A stretch of DNA of 64,000 bases from the human T2T-CHM13v2.0 reference genome, Homo sapiens: assembly GCF_009914755.1 (NCBI RefSeq), contig NC_060927.1. One strand, 5' to 3'. Positions within the stretch are counted from its first letter, which is position 1. Every line of letters begins with the position of its first letter. Made by a program: the position numbers and the translations under genes. The notes under the pieces are model-generated. The model made no database searches, was not told the DNA's origin, and was given only the letters and a program-made list of their open reading frames with translations. This document shows, piece by piece, positions 14,341-26,406 of the stretch.

Positions 14341-15099
14341 CAACCAATAATATGAGGTCGAGGTGGGAAGGAATACCAAGAAGGTTTTAAATTTGGAGTG
14401 GTGCTTGAACAACTGGTAAAGGGGAAATGTTTCAAGGGGCACCTGTAGCAGTGTCATCAACCAAAGGTTCCTGGCAAGGAGGTGCTGGTAATAGAGGCTG
14501 TTGACAGTGAGTGTCAGTGAGAGATGTCTTTCCTGGATGGAAGTTGGCTGCAACTCTTTCCATCCCTTTGTTTTAAATCCCTTTGTTTTATCCCCTTACC
14601 TTATCCTGATATGCCAGTCTTCTTAGGTATATTCTTATAACAAATTTCCTTTTTTTGGTCAAATAAGACAGGGTTGCAGTGTGCTACATAAAGTCACAAA
14701 CCCTGACTGATACTTTCAGTGTTCAAATTGAGAGATAAATGTTATAGCAGTTCAGAAAGGAAAGAACAGTATGAGCAGAGTCATCACAAAACCTAAGGAA
14801 AATACGGGATTTAACTGATTCTTACAAGATGTCTATGGGTAAAGAAAGGAAGAAGTGTGCGTTAAATATCCTAAAAGAAGAAAAGGACATAGTAATTGAA
14901 TTTATACAATTAGCAGTAGGCCAGTGTAATGGCAACTTGAAAGAGATGTTTAAACTGGCCAACTCTAGTTCTCCTTCCCTACTCTGCCACACTTTTTAAT
15001 GTGATTTCTCCTCTTACCATCTTATTTTAAGCATTTAATTCCAAAGGCATAGTGACTTGGAGTTTATGACTTTCATGGAAAATATCAGATTATTACTTA

Positions 15100-16325
15100 G
15101 GTGACCTCTACTAACTTAGATTTCGTTTAGCACTCTCATTTTTGGTTTCTATGACATGCACCCTCTGGAGTTTTCTCCTATCTTTCTGGCTGCCTCTGTT
15201 CCATCTCCTTTTCTGACTCTCTTTCTTCCTCTAACCAACAAAGCCTGGGGTTTTTCATGGCTCTTTCACAGACATATTTTTGTTCTCATTGTACACATTC
15301 TCCCAGGGTAAAATTAACATTATTTTCAATTACCATTCATGTGTTGCTGTTTTCCTGATGTATATTTACATCCCTGATCACTCTCATGTTCCAGACATAT
15401 ATAATTAACTTTCTGGGGAGAACTCTCAAATTGAATGCCCAAGAGGCAGCTCCAATTCAACCAGTTCAAACAGAACTTTTTTCTCTCCTTTTTGCCTTGC
15501 TAAATGGCTTTGCCAGTGCAGGTATCCTTGACTTTTTCTTCTTTTTTTATCTAGTCCCCATGACCACCTCCACTCCTACACTGTACTGAATTAATTTTAG
15601 GGCTTACTGACTCTTCTTTGATATTTCCAAGCCTGTCTTTTTGTTCCATCTCATGCCATCACTTTGTTCATTCCAACATTATATCTCACTTCACTTATGG
15701 TAAGAGTCTCAGAGCTGGCACTCTTCCTTCAAGTATAGTTTGTCTTCACTTTTCTTGAAAATAGAGGCACACTATCTTTTAAAAGATTATTTAAATATGA
15801 CCATTACATTTTAAGAATGTGGTTATTGGTCTTGTAATTGTTCTCAAGACAAATATTAATTTGTTGGCATAACATACCTCTCTAGATTCTGCTTTTCTCT
15901 CTCCCATCTCAATCTCAGAAACAGTCTATGCTCATCATGAAATGTATCTAAATGTATTTATCTAAATGGGACATTTTCCTCTCATCTCTCTACTTCTTAA
16001 CAGTTACTTCTTCTGAACACCCACTCCTGCCTCCACAAAATACACCACAACCTGAAAAATATCTAATCACTATGCAGAAATTAGCTCAGGTCTCACCTAT
16101 GCTCCAAAGCTTTATGTAACTTTTTGAGCCTGAGAAGGGCTGTTTCTAGGAGATTTTATAGCACTCTGTATTTACTTACATTGAGGCAGTAGAGGTACTG
16201 CACAAAAATTTCATGATTTATTTCTGTATCAAACACTAGACAGCAAACTTTCTAAGTTCAGTTTTATACTCTTTTTTCTCATTTGCATATAGTAGATGAT
16301 TAACAAATATGTGATTATTTGAACT
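15100..16325 (+). mobile_element. Degenerate L2 LINE
   Basis: L2-like motifs (ggtttctatgacatgcaccctc, ttattttcaattaccattc, tagatgattaacaaatatg at the 3' end). Confidence 0.55.
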
Positions 16326-17827
16326 TGCATAGGGACTATGAATCATGGAGAGTAAGCTTGAAGACAAATATGGATATTGATTTTCAAAGAAGTAGAATCA
16401 AAAAGAATTAGTTATCAGTTTTGATAATCCAAGGATAAGGTACAAAGCATTTAAAATTTTTAGGAACTCTATAAACCTGGCACCAAATTAATGACTATTC
16501 TTAATTATTGAAGAGTACTCATAGCCTTGTATCTTTGGGCATATTGTTATATTAGCATCACTCTATACCTACTCTTAAGATTATTTTATTTATTGCTTTG
16601 ATTTCTTACCTGCTAAACACTTTATTGATTACTAAGTAAACTCCTAGATACACTGATGCTGAATACTTTATTCAATATCAAACACTTCATACTTAATTAA
16701 TCTGTCTCAAAATAATATGAAATATAATTTGAAGTCTATACACAAACCAAAAAATATAAAAAAGAGGTAGTTATTTTTATTAAAATAGGAAGTAAACTAA
16801 TAAACATCAAAGATATTATGATATTGTTACTGTTATATGTTTAAGTGAATTTCGTTTTCTTAACTGTTAACTTCTTATTGTGTTTTAAAATGAATGAATG
16901 TGTGATGAGTGGTTACATACTAAATGTTTCCAAGAAATTTTGCAAGATATTTTTGTAAAGTGACATATACAAAGATGAAATTAAACCTTGTGAATATGTC
17001 ATTCTATAAGAAATTTCTTACCTATTTTTTTATTCTGTGCATAAGAATCTTTAAGATTCAGAAAGAAAACACACATTTTAAATCTAGTCCTTAAATAATT
17101 CTTTTATTTAGTACTTTATAAAGACATGGAAAATTTTACTTAGAAACAAACAAAAATACCATCAATCTAGAATGAGAAAAATTAAGATTTAATTCTATAA
17201 TTAACTTTAGTGTGACTTCACACACAAGAAACCTAAATTGATATCCAATGAAGTTCTTATATATATTCCTAATTCTTTTTTCCGAAGGAATAAAATATAA
17301 TATCTACAGCTTTGGTTAGACTATGATATCTGTTTTACATTTTTTTTCTGCTTTACTTGACTTTATTCCATTTTACAATTTTATAGTGTTCTTGATTCTC
17401 TTTATCTGTTCTGACATTGATTATTTTCTTTGTATTCAGACATTTATTAATAGTTACTAAAAACTAAACAATTAATATTTTTAGTTTACATATGCTAATG
17501 TAAAATTATTCAATCCTTTTTAAATGATTGTCAAAAGAAACGATTCCTCCCAGTTATCTCTATGGCTGGGTTCTCAAAATAATATTGTTATTGAGCCAAG
17601 CATATATATTTGTTTTTTATTTCCCCTATTATGCTATTAAAATAACCATAGACGTGTCCAAAAGCAATAAAACAAAACTATGATTAGAACATAGGGTTTC
17701 ATCGCAGATGAGAATTTAATGCATTCCTGAAGAAGGAAAAACAGTGGAAACATTGTGAAAGTAAACATGTAAAGTTAGACAAAATTCCCAAGATGTGTGG
17801 GAGAGTTACAGCTGAGGAGATGGCTGA

Positions 17828-18154
<327 letters not shown>

Positions 18155-20329
18155 TAGATGTAATCTTGTAGAGGCTCCAGGATCAAGGTCTGCATAACTC
18201 AAATCCTTGACTGAAGAGAGAAGGCTTAACTCCAGGGAGAGTGAATTTGGGTTGCCAGGGCAGGGGTGTGGTTGGTAGAAGTTGGTGAGAGAAAAAGGGT
18301 TTCTGGTACTAGAAAATAGGGTTCCTTTTCAATTTCACAGTTGGGGCCTCTTAGTCTAGTAGCCACCTTACCTCTTAACTATACTAAACCAAATCTTGCT
18401 AGTCAACCCACCTCAACTATGTACATAGAATTTACATGCAGATTTCCTTCTCAGGGGAGAAAATTATTTACAAAACACCAGCATCCATAGTAGGTGGATA
18501 AACCTTCAAGAGCTACTGAAGCAAGTCCATGCAGTCCCTTAATATATTAATAAAACATCAAAGGTCACTAGATACAGGAGAAATAAACAAAATAAGCTAA
18601 GTAAAAAACCAAGACAAATTTTAAAGATAATGCTTAGGGATATATAGTTAATTCAAGGCAGAAAAAAGTAAAAAATAAAAAATAGAAGATCTAGGTAATT
18701 TCTAGAGTAAAACCAGCATAAATGGTACCTGGATAAACCAACAATATAATTATATAAAAGAAAAAAATCAACCAGAAAGCAAAAAGAATTCTTAAAACTT
18801 CTTTGTTTAAAGAAATCTGATTTCTTAAATATTCGAGAATGCAATTTATTGGGCACTGTAAGATAAATATTAAGAGAAATCTGTAAATTAAGGCACAATT
18901 ATTTGAAAAATAGATAAACTTAGAGAAAAAACCTTAAGACATAGAAGATCCAACCAGCCTAGAAATTCGTACAGAGAACTATTAGAATAAATTATTGGAA
19001 AATAGTGTACTAAAGGGAGAGTCACATTAAACTACTCTAGATCACCTTTTCTTGTATTCTGGAAATTATCTAAACACAGAAGTTTTGCTTTCCTTTTTTT
19101 ATCTCCCTAATGGTCTCTTAAGGAAAACCCTAAATTATCTCTTTTTTCTCTGAATATTGTTTATTCTCCTTTTTGCTGTTGTTCTTTTACTTTTTTCTCA
19201 AAAAGCTGGTGATCTTTGATGATCTCAATATTTTATGACAAAGAACTGCACTATTTCCCATGATTGTGCTTTACAGTTTCCTTGGCTACTATGGACATTG
19301 TCTTTTGCCATTGTCTTTTGTGGGCAGTGTGTTTCTCAGTCATTTACTCCTCCGAGGGCAGCAACTACCTGGAAGATCCAGGTACTTGGTTGAGGCATTT
19401 AAAAAAACACAGAATGTGCATTAGGTACCTAGGAGGTAAGAAACTTAAAAGGCTGAATGTCCCTTTTTAAGTATTAACTAAAAGATGTCCTTAGGGAAAT
19501 AAAATAATGTTATTAATACAAAATATACAAATTTAGAGACAATTGAATTGCTTTCTATTGACTCTGTTGTTTCATTGAGATATAATTTAGAATGACTTTT
19601 ATGATGGGTTAAAATCTCAGTTTTTATGATAGGATTTTCTATGGTGACAAGCGACAGGAAATGCCACATATTCTGGCAGATATAATTCTGATGCAAAGTT
19701 ATTGTTAAAACCTGTTCATGTATTCAGCAACATTTATAAAGCAATTATTAGATTACAAGGACTTTCCTATATGCTTGGATTGTATTGGTAAAGAAAATAT
19801 CTCCATAATGGGAATATAGAAGAAAATTTAAAAAAATTGACAGAGGTGATAACAGGGAGGCATAAAATTGACAAAATTTGTCTTTTAGGAACTGACACAT
19901 TTTGTTATGTACTGTGCATATAGAAAATAAAGTCTAAAAATTGCCTAAGGCCTAAAAGTCCCTTGTTTTTAATTCTGCATTTCATTTTTTTAAGTTTCTA
20001 AAAACAGGTTTATATCTCTATTTACACGTTCAAAATTCCGTTAATATAACTCCACAAGGATGTTCTGTTGCTATTTTATCTTTTGCCCCATGCTTGGAAA
20101 GTGTCTTTCCAAGCACCTTCACCATTGTCGTGTTTCACAGTTATACTCAGAGATCTACATCAATAGTTCTCTAATTTCCCAACCCAGCATAGACTCAGAA
20201 TCATAGAATGACTGGCATAAAGTCAGGGAAATAAAGACCTGACGTTTAAATATTCACATGCCACCAATACTATATTCTCATTTCGTTAATGAAAATCTAG
20301 CCAATTTTTTTTCCTTACATTATACAAAG

Positions 20330-20740
20330 TATAAGGATAATTGGACAGACAGCCGAGAAAGGAATGAGGCCAATAGACCCAAGCTTAGGCAAGCTGATTT
20401 ATTGTCAGTCCTGCCAGGCTACCTCTTGACAAAAGCAGAGGAGGCAGCCCCGCTTACAGGCTATAGCAAGGTTTTATAAGGTGTGGAACTGAGTCCCGGT
20501 GAAGGAAAAAGAAAAGGGCGGGGCGGTGGTCCTTTGTGCCAGGTGTCTGACCGCTTCCTGGGGATGTTTTTCTTGCCAGCTCTGTGGTGCAAGGGAGATG
20601 TCTTAACTGCATCCTGGGACAGCTGGTTGACATCCTGGGTCAAACAGTTACAAGCAGGTTTGGGGTAGGGGTTTTACTTTTTAGCATTTGGGTTTTAGGT
20701 CTATGGGAGGGGAAACAGTCCAGTCGGGTGGGCCCTAACA
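20330..20740 (-). repeat. 3' LTR
   Basis: Direct repeat of 28443-28854; preceded on the minus strand by PPT AAAAGGCTGGAA (20741-20752). Confidence 0.95.
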
Positions 20741-20815
20741 TTCCAGCCTTTTAACAGATGATAGAGAAGGGGCATTGATTTCATCAGACTGCTTCAAGCT
20801 GAGAGGGGGCGGTGG

Positions 20816-22462
20816 CTAGGGCAAAGGCTGGAAGGTGGGGGTTGGCTTTGGTTTTGAAATTGTTGATACTCCCAGAGTAACATCATGTCCTGTATGGTTC
20901 CGTGGGCAAAGGCTCAGATATGATTCTGTAAAAACTGGGTGAAGAGGCGTATTAAGCAAGGCCCAAAGATTAGAAGAAAAAGGATTATAGCGGGTCCAAG
21001 GAGAGGGAGTAGCCAGGGGGCCCGGGTGCTGAGAGACCAAGAGGGCCAAGAGGGCCAGGTAGAGGAGTTGCTTTCCCTAATCTTTTGGGCTCGATCTTTG
21101 AGTTTTTTTTTTGTTGTTGTTGTTTCTTTTGTTTTTTGTTTTGCATCTTGAACTAAGCCTGACTGATTAAATAAAAGCAGCATTCTTCGTCTAGAAAAAT
21201 GCAGAGTCCTCCTTTGTCGGCAGTCAGTAGGTCGAGACCTCGGCGATTTTTTAAGACGACTGCTACTTGGGAGTCTAGCTGGGCTTGTAAGGTGGATATG
21301 GAAGTTGCAAGGTTGTTTATCCATCTGAAAGGTCTTTTGATAAGGTTTTATGGTAACAAGAGGAGGTTGCGATTCCTGCTACTCCTGTGCCTGCGGCCGC
21401 TGTGATACCTAGGCTTACCAGTAGTGGGATAAGCTGTATGGCTCTGTGCCTGCGGTGTGGGATTTGAGTATTTAGGGTTTGGAGGAGCAGGTTTTCTCCT
21501 GGAGCTATGTCTATTTTAGGGGTGAGGAAAACCAGTGTACAGGTGCCTGTGCAGTTGGTGGGTAGACAGAAGTAGGTGGAGGTGCCACATAGAAAGAATA
21601 CACCTTGGCTAGGGAGGCAGAATTGGAAATGTATGGCAAAAAGGGGGTGTAAAATGTTGTTCTCCTAGCACCAGGCATGGAGGGAGGAGGCTAGAGCCGC
21701 TCTGGTTAGGGGTTGAAGGAGGAGTGCTGAGGTGAACTGGCTAGCTCCTACTGTTGATTTTTCGGAGTGTAGAAAGAAGCGTTTTGTGTCAATAAGTAGT
21801 TTGTTTGAGGGTGTGTTAGGCAGTGGGATTTCCATGCATTCGGAAGTGGGGATGGCATTTAGTCAAGTGCTCCACCCTGTGATTTGTATTCAGGGCCTGT
21901 CTCAGTTATTGCAGAATCCTGATGTTTTTTCCATGACTTGGGTCTGAGGGGGTTGGAGATTTTGAGAATTTGTGTGGGGTTTGTTGCTGTTACTGTTTGG
22001 ATGCCTGTTGGGAGAATGAGTGTCAGAGTACAGCTGCATAAGCTAGAAGAGAGGGTGCCTAGGGGGACTCCTGAGGAAAGTTCATGTTTATGCATAGGGA
22101 TGCTTGTTGGCTGAGTTTTGAGTCTGAGGTAAGTGCTCCTAAGACAATCTTGTGTTCTGAAGTATGTGTAGTAAGATTGGGTTTGTAACTTTTGAGTTCA
22201 TTTACTCCTCTGAAACTTTGGTAGCAGGGGTGGAGGGTTATATTGGTGAGAACCCAGTCTTTGAGGGGAACTGGGAAGGCATCCTTTGATATGGTTTCTT
22301 AGGGGTATACCAGCAGGCCTTGGCCAGGGAAGGGTTAGTTTGATTGAGTATTGTATGTGCCTGTTGAATGGTGTGCTGAAGGTGGAGTGGTAGTGAGAAG
22401 GAGGAGGGAAGAGGGAGTAAATAGGCAGAGAGCAAGTGTAAAGGTAAAGAATTCGGCTTCAT
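20816..22462 (-). pseudogene. env: env (HERV-H-like), frameshifted
   Basis: ATG 22462 MKPNSLPLHLLSAYLLPLP...HLQHTIQQAHTILNQTNPSLAKACW; CLPTNCTGTCTLVFLTPKI; furin-like RRHR/AIQLIPLL ~21445; [30 protein letters not shown] ~21180-21255; TM anchor WLLPLLGPAIILFLLIFGPC. Confidence 0.9.
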
Positions 22463-22618
22463 CTGGAGTGAATTCCTGTAAATCCCCTTGAATATAAGAT
22501 CGGTGATCCAATCAAGGAATGCCATGAGGGTGGGATGTTCTGGGTAGGACCATGAAATGTTTTCTGTGACGCAGTGAAGGAAGAGGGTGAAACCGCAGGA
22601 TGGGCAAAGACAGGACAT
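22335..22618 (-). pseudogene. Putative accessory ORF-B (CxxC, C-terminal hydrophobic), overlapping env start; inferred 1-nt deletion at ~22491
   Basis: MSCLCPSCGFTLFLHCVTENISWSYPEHPTLMAFLDWITDLI. In the shifted frame it continues QGDLQEFTPDEAEFFTFTLALCLFTPSSLLLLTTTPPSAHHSTGTYNTQSN*. The frameshift is inferred from a remembered HERV-H equivalent. Confidence 0.5.
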
Positions 22619-22631
22619 TTAGGAGGGGCAG

Positions 22632-22808
22632 CTATCTGTTGGTGGCTATTATACCTGCTATAAGGAGGATTATGAGGCAAAAGGTTATGAATATTGAGAT
22701 TTTTTGTCTGAAATTCCACCTGGGAGGTGAGACCATATATAGTCCTATGACAAAGAGTAGAGTAAGCAGGGTGATTACTGCAAGGGCAGCGTAATAGAAG
22801 ATTTTCAT
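22632..22808 (-). CDS. Putative accessory ORF-A, 58 aa, two predicted transmembrane helices
   Basis: Hand translation: MKIFYYAALAVITLLTLLFVIGLYMVSPPRWNFRQKISIFITFCLIILLIAGIIATNR*. Intact ATG to TAG between the pol stop (~22860) and env. Confidence 0.55.
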   Translation of the reverse strand: MKIFYYAALAVITLLTLLFVIGLYMVSPPRWNFRQKISIFITFCLIILLIAGIIATNR

Positions 22809-22859
22809 TAATAAAATTTGGATACTTAAGGTAAGGGGTTATAACCTATCTGTGATGGT

Positions 22860-25800
22860 TCATGGGGGAAGAGTGGGGTCTTCCGGGATGGGCATTAGGT
22901 GGAGTCAAATTGGTCCGAGAAGAGTGCTGGTACATTTGCAGGGAACAGCTGGTCGGTTAGTAGGTGGTGGGCCAGCTGCAGGGGCCTTTTTTAACCTGGA
23001 AAGATGGTACCAAGAGTTGTGTCCTGGAAGTTTGGCTGTGGTGGGGGTAGTGAGAAGGATTTGGAAAGGGCCTTACCACTTTGGTTTGAAACTCGTTGAA
23101 GTAAGGGTTTTTAGGAAGACATAGTCTCCTGGAAGGAGTGTCTGGTCAGTGGGGCCTTGGTGAAGTTTTGGGAGGGCCTGGTCAGCTTGTTCACGGAGGA
23201 GATGATGGATGAGGGAGAGGGTTGGAAGGTACGCTCCTAATTGAGAGTCAGGAGGGGGTCAGTCTGTTTTGTAAGAGGAAAGGGCGTCCATACATTAACT
23301 TGAATGGACTGAGGAAGGAGGGGGCCTTTGGACTGGCTCTGATATGTGTCAGTGCTATGGGTAAAAGGGAGGTCTAAGGTTTTTTGACCTCAAGTGTGAG
23401 TTTGCTTAACTGGGTTTTGAGAATTCCATTTGCCCTCTCAGCTTTTTCGGATGACTGGAGCCAGTATGGGATATGGAGATGCCACTGAATGCCAAGGGAT
23501 TGAGAGACTTGTTGGGTAATTTGGGAGATGAAGCTAGGGCCATTACCTGATTGTGTGGAGTGAGGGAGACCAAATCTATGGATGATTTCTGTCATGAGAA
23601 TTTGAGAGCCTTCTGCAGCTTTTTCTGAAGGGGTAGGAAATACTTCTACCCAACCTGAAAAAGTGTCTACAAGGGTAAGAAGATATTTAGTTTTTTTGAA
23701 GGGAGGCATGTGGGTGAAGTCTACCTGCCAGTCCTCCCCTGGAAGTGTTCCTCTGAGATGATGTGTAAGGATGAGGAGAAGGCGGAGGGTCCCTTGGGAG
23801 GAAGTAACAGAGCATAAATGACAGTTTGAGGTTATGTCCTTTACTGAGGTGAATAGATGGGGGGAGGAGAAATAAGGGTGAAGGAGTAGGTACAGGGGGC
23901 GCCCACTGATATGGAAGGATTGGTGAAGAGATGTTAGAATTTCCTTGTTTTGCTCTTGGGGAAGAATGACCTTTTGGTTTTTGATTATCCAGTCCCCTTG
24001 AAGGGAGGCTCCTTGCTGTAGTAGGGAAGCCTTTTCTGTGGGAGATTATCTGGGTCAGACTGCTGGGGTGGCAAGGAGGATGGGGGCAGGGATAGAAGAA
24101 AGGGAGGCCTGTTTTGCTGCCTCATTGGCCTTTTTATTTCCTCTTGAGATTTTATCTGATCCTGTTTGATGTCCTTGACATGTATGACTCCTGCTTCAGT
24201 TGGGAGGTGTGAGGCCTGAAAGAGTTGGTAAATAGTGGGGCCTTAAATAATGGGGGTTTCTTTGGTGGAAAGGAATCCTCTCTCTTGCCAGATGGTGGCA
24301 TGGAAACGAAGAATGTGATAAGCATTCTTGGAGTCTTTGTATATGTTGACCCGTTTTTTTTTGGAGAGAGTTAGGACTCTGGTGAGAGCTAGAAGTTCTG
24401 CCTTCTGGGAGGAGGTTCCTGGGGGTCAGACTTTAGCTTCAGTTACATAGTCTAAGGTAACTTCTGCATATTCAGCAATTTGGGGAGAGCCAGGGGCTCC
24501 AGAAGAGGAGCCATCTATGAATAGTTGGTCATCTGGGTTAATGAGAGGCTTGGAGGAGATGTTAGGGAAGTGTGGCTGCAGGTGATCCAGAGTGTCAGTG
24601 CAAGAATGAGTAGGAGGGGAAGAGGATATGGGGAGTAGGGATTCTGAGGGGGGCACTTTTGGTGAGGCTGAATTTGGGATTTTCAATAAAGACAGCATGG
24701 AGTGACAGAATTCGGGAAGGAGGGAGCTTAGCGCCTAGGAGGAGAGGAGATCCTGTAAGTTGTGAGGGCTGTGGACGGTGGTGGTTTGGCTGAATGTTAG
24801 TTTTTGCTTTCCAGAGCTAAAATGGATGCTGCTGCTAATGCTCTAAGACAGGTTGGCCACCCTTTCATAGTGTTGTCTAGTTGTTTAGAGAGGTATGCCA
24901 CAGGGCAAAGGAAGGAAGATTTCCCTTTTGTCACCCTAAGACCCTGAGAGCTATTCCTTGGTTTTCAGTTGTATAGAGAATGAAGGGTTGGGAGATGTCA
25001 GCTAAGGACAGGGCAGGTTCAGTGATGAGAGTGGTTTGGAGTTTACAGAAACTGGGAAATATGTTGTGTGGGGGGCTTAGGGGTTCACAGAGGGGGCCTT
25101 TGGCTGCTTCATAGAGGGGCTGAGCCAGGAGGACAAAGTTGGGAATCCATATTCTAAAGAAACCTGGCAATCCTAAGAAAGAGAGAATTTCATTTTTTGA
25201 AGAAGGCAGAGGCAAGCTGTTTGTTAAGGTCACTTGTGCTGAGGTCATGGCTTGGGCCCTGGGGGAGAGTTGGACTCCTAAGTATGTTACTGTTGGGGTG
25301 GATATTTGGGCTTTGGAGGGGGAGACCCTATATCCTTTGCTAGCAAGGAAGTTTAGAAGGGTGATGGTGTGAGTTTGGGAGTCCTCTAGGGAGGGGCTGG
25401 AAAGAAGGAGATCGTCAATGTATTGGAGGAAGCTGCTGGGGGAAAGGTTTAAGGAGGTGAGGTCTTGGGCTAGAGCTTGTCCAAAGAAGTGAGGGCTGTC
25501 TCTGAAGCTTTGAGGGAGGACAGTCCCTGTGAGTTGTTGTGACGGAAGAGTGTCAGAGTCAGTCCAGGTGAAGGCAAAGAGATCTTAGGAATTAGGGTGT
25601 AAGGGAATGGTAAAGAAAGCATCCTTTAGGTCAATTGCTGTATAGTGGGTGGTGTTGGAGGGGATGAGGGAGAGGAGTGTATAGGGGTTAGGGACCACAG
25701 GGTGAATAGGGAGGACAGTCTGACTAATGGCTCAGAGGTCCTGAATGTGTCAGTATGAGCCGTCCGATTTTCTAATGGGAAGGATGGGGGTGTTATATGG

Positions 25801-26406
25801 AGAATGTGTTGGTCTAAGAAGGCCGCATGAGTACAGCTTGTTTATAATAGGTTGGAGGCCCTTTTGGTGGGTTAGGGAGATGGGGTATTGGGGAACATTA
25901 GGAAATTTGGAGGGGTCCTTTAACTGGATTTTGATGGGGTTATGATGTGTAGTTATGGAAGGGGTGGTGGTATCTCACACCACCAGGTTAAGAAGAGAAG
26001 AGGGAAGCGGGTACTGGGGAGAAGCGTCAGTGGCTGGACTAGCGGAGAGGAGCAGAAGGGACTCTGGTTGAGAGAGGCAGGAAAAAGTGATGGAAGCTTT
26101 GAATTTAGCTAAAAGTCCTCGGCCTGGAACGGGGGTGGGAAAACAAGGCATTATAAGGAAGGAGGGTGAAAAAATAGTATTAAACAAGGAGCAAGTAAGG
26201 GACTCAGTGGCACATGGATGTGAGATGAATCCATCAACCCCCACAACAGAGACCTGGGAGGGATGAGTGGGTCCTGAAAATTCAGGCAAAGCTGAGTAGG
26301 TGGCCCCGGTATCGATCAAAAATGAGATCAGCTTACCTGCTACTAGCAGAGTTACCCTGGGCTCTGATGCAGTGATGGCAGATGGGGCCGGGGGACCTGG
26401 GCTCTG
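22860..26406 (-). pseudogene. pol: pro-pol (protease, RT, RNase H, integrase), multiple frameshifts and stops
   Basis: LIDTGATYS protease (~26310); LQYIDDLLL (~25405-25428); LFIDGSS RNase H (~24515); WQVDFTHMPP and LVDTFSGWVEVFP integrase. Confidence 0.93.

Noticed and set aside
13992-14355. Six YI/CV-rich ORFs
   Set aside because: Translations of a dinucleotide microsatellite.
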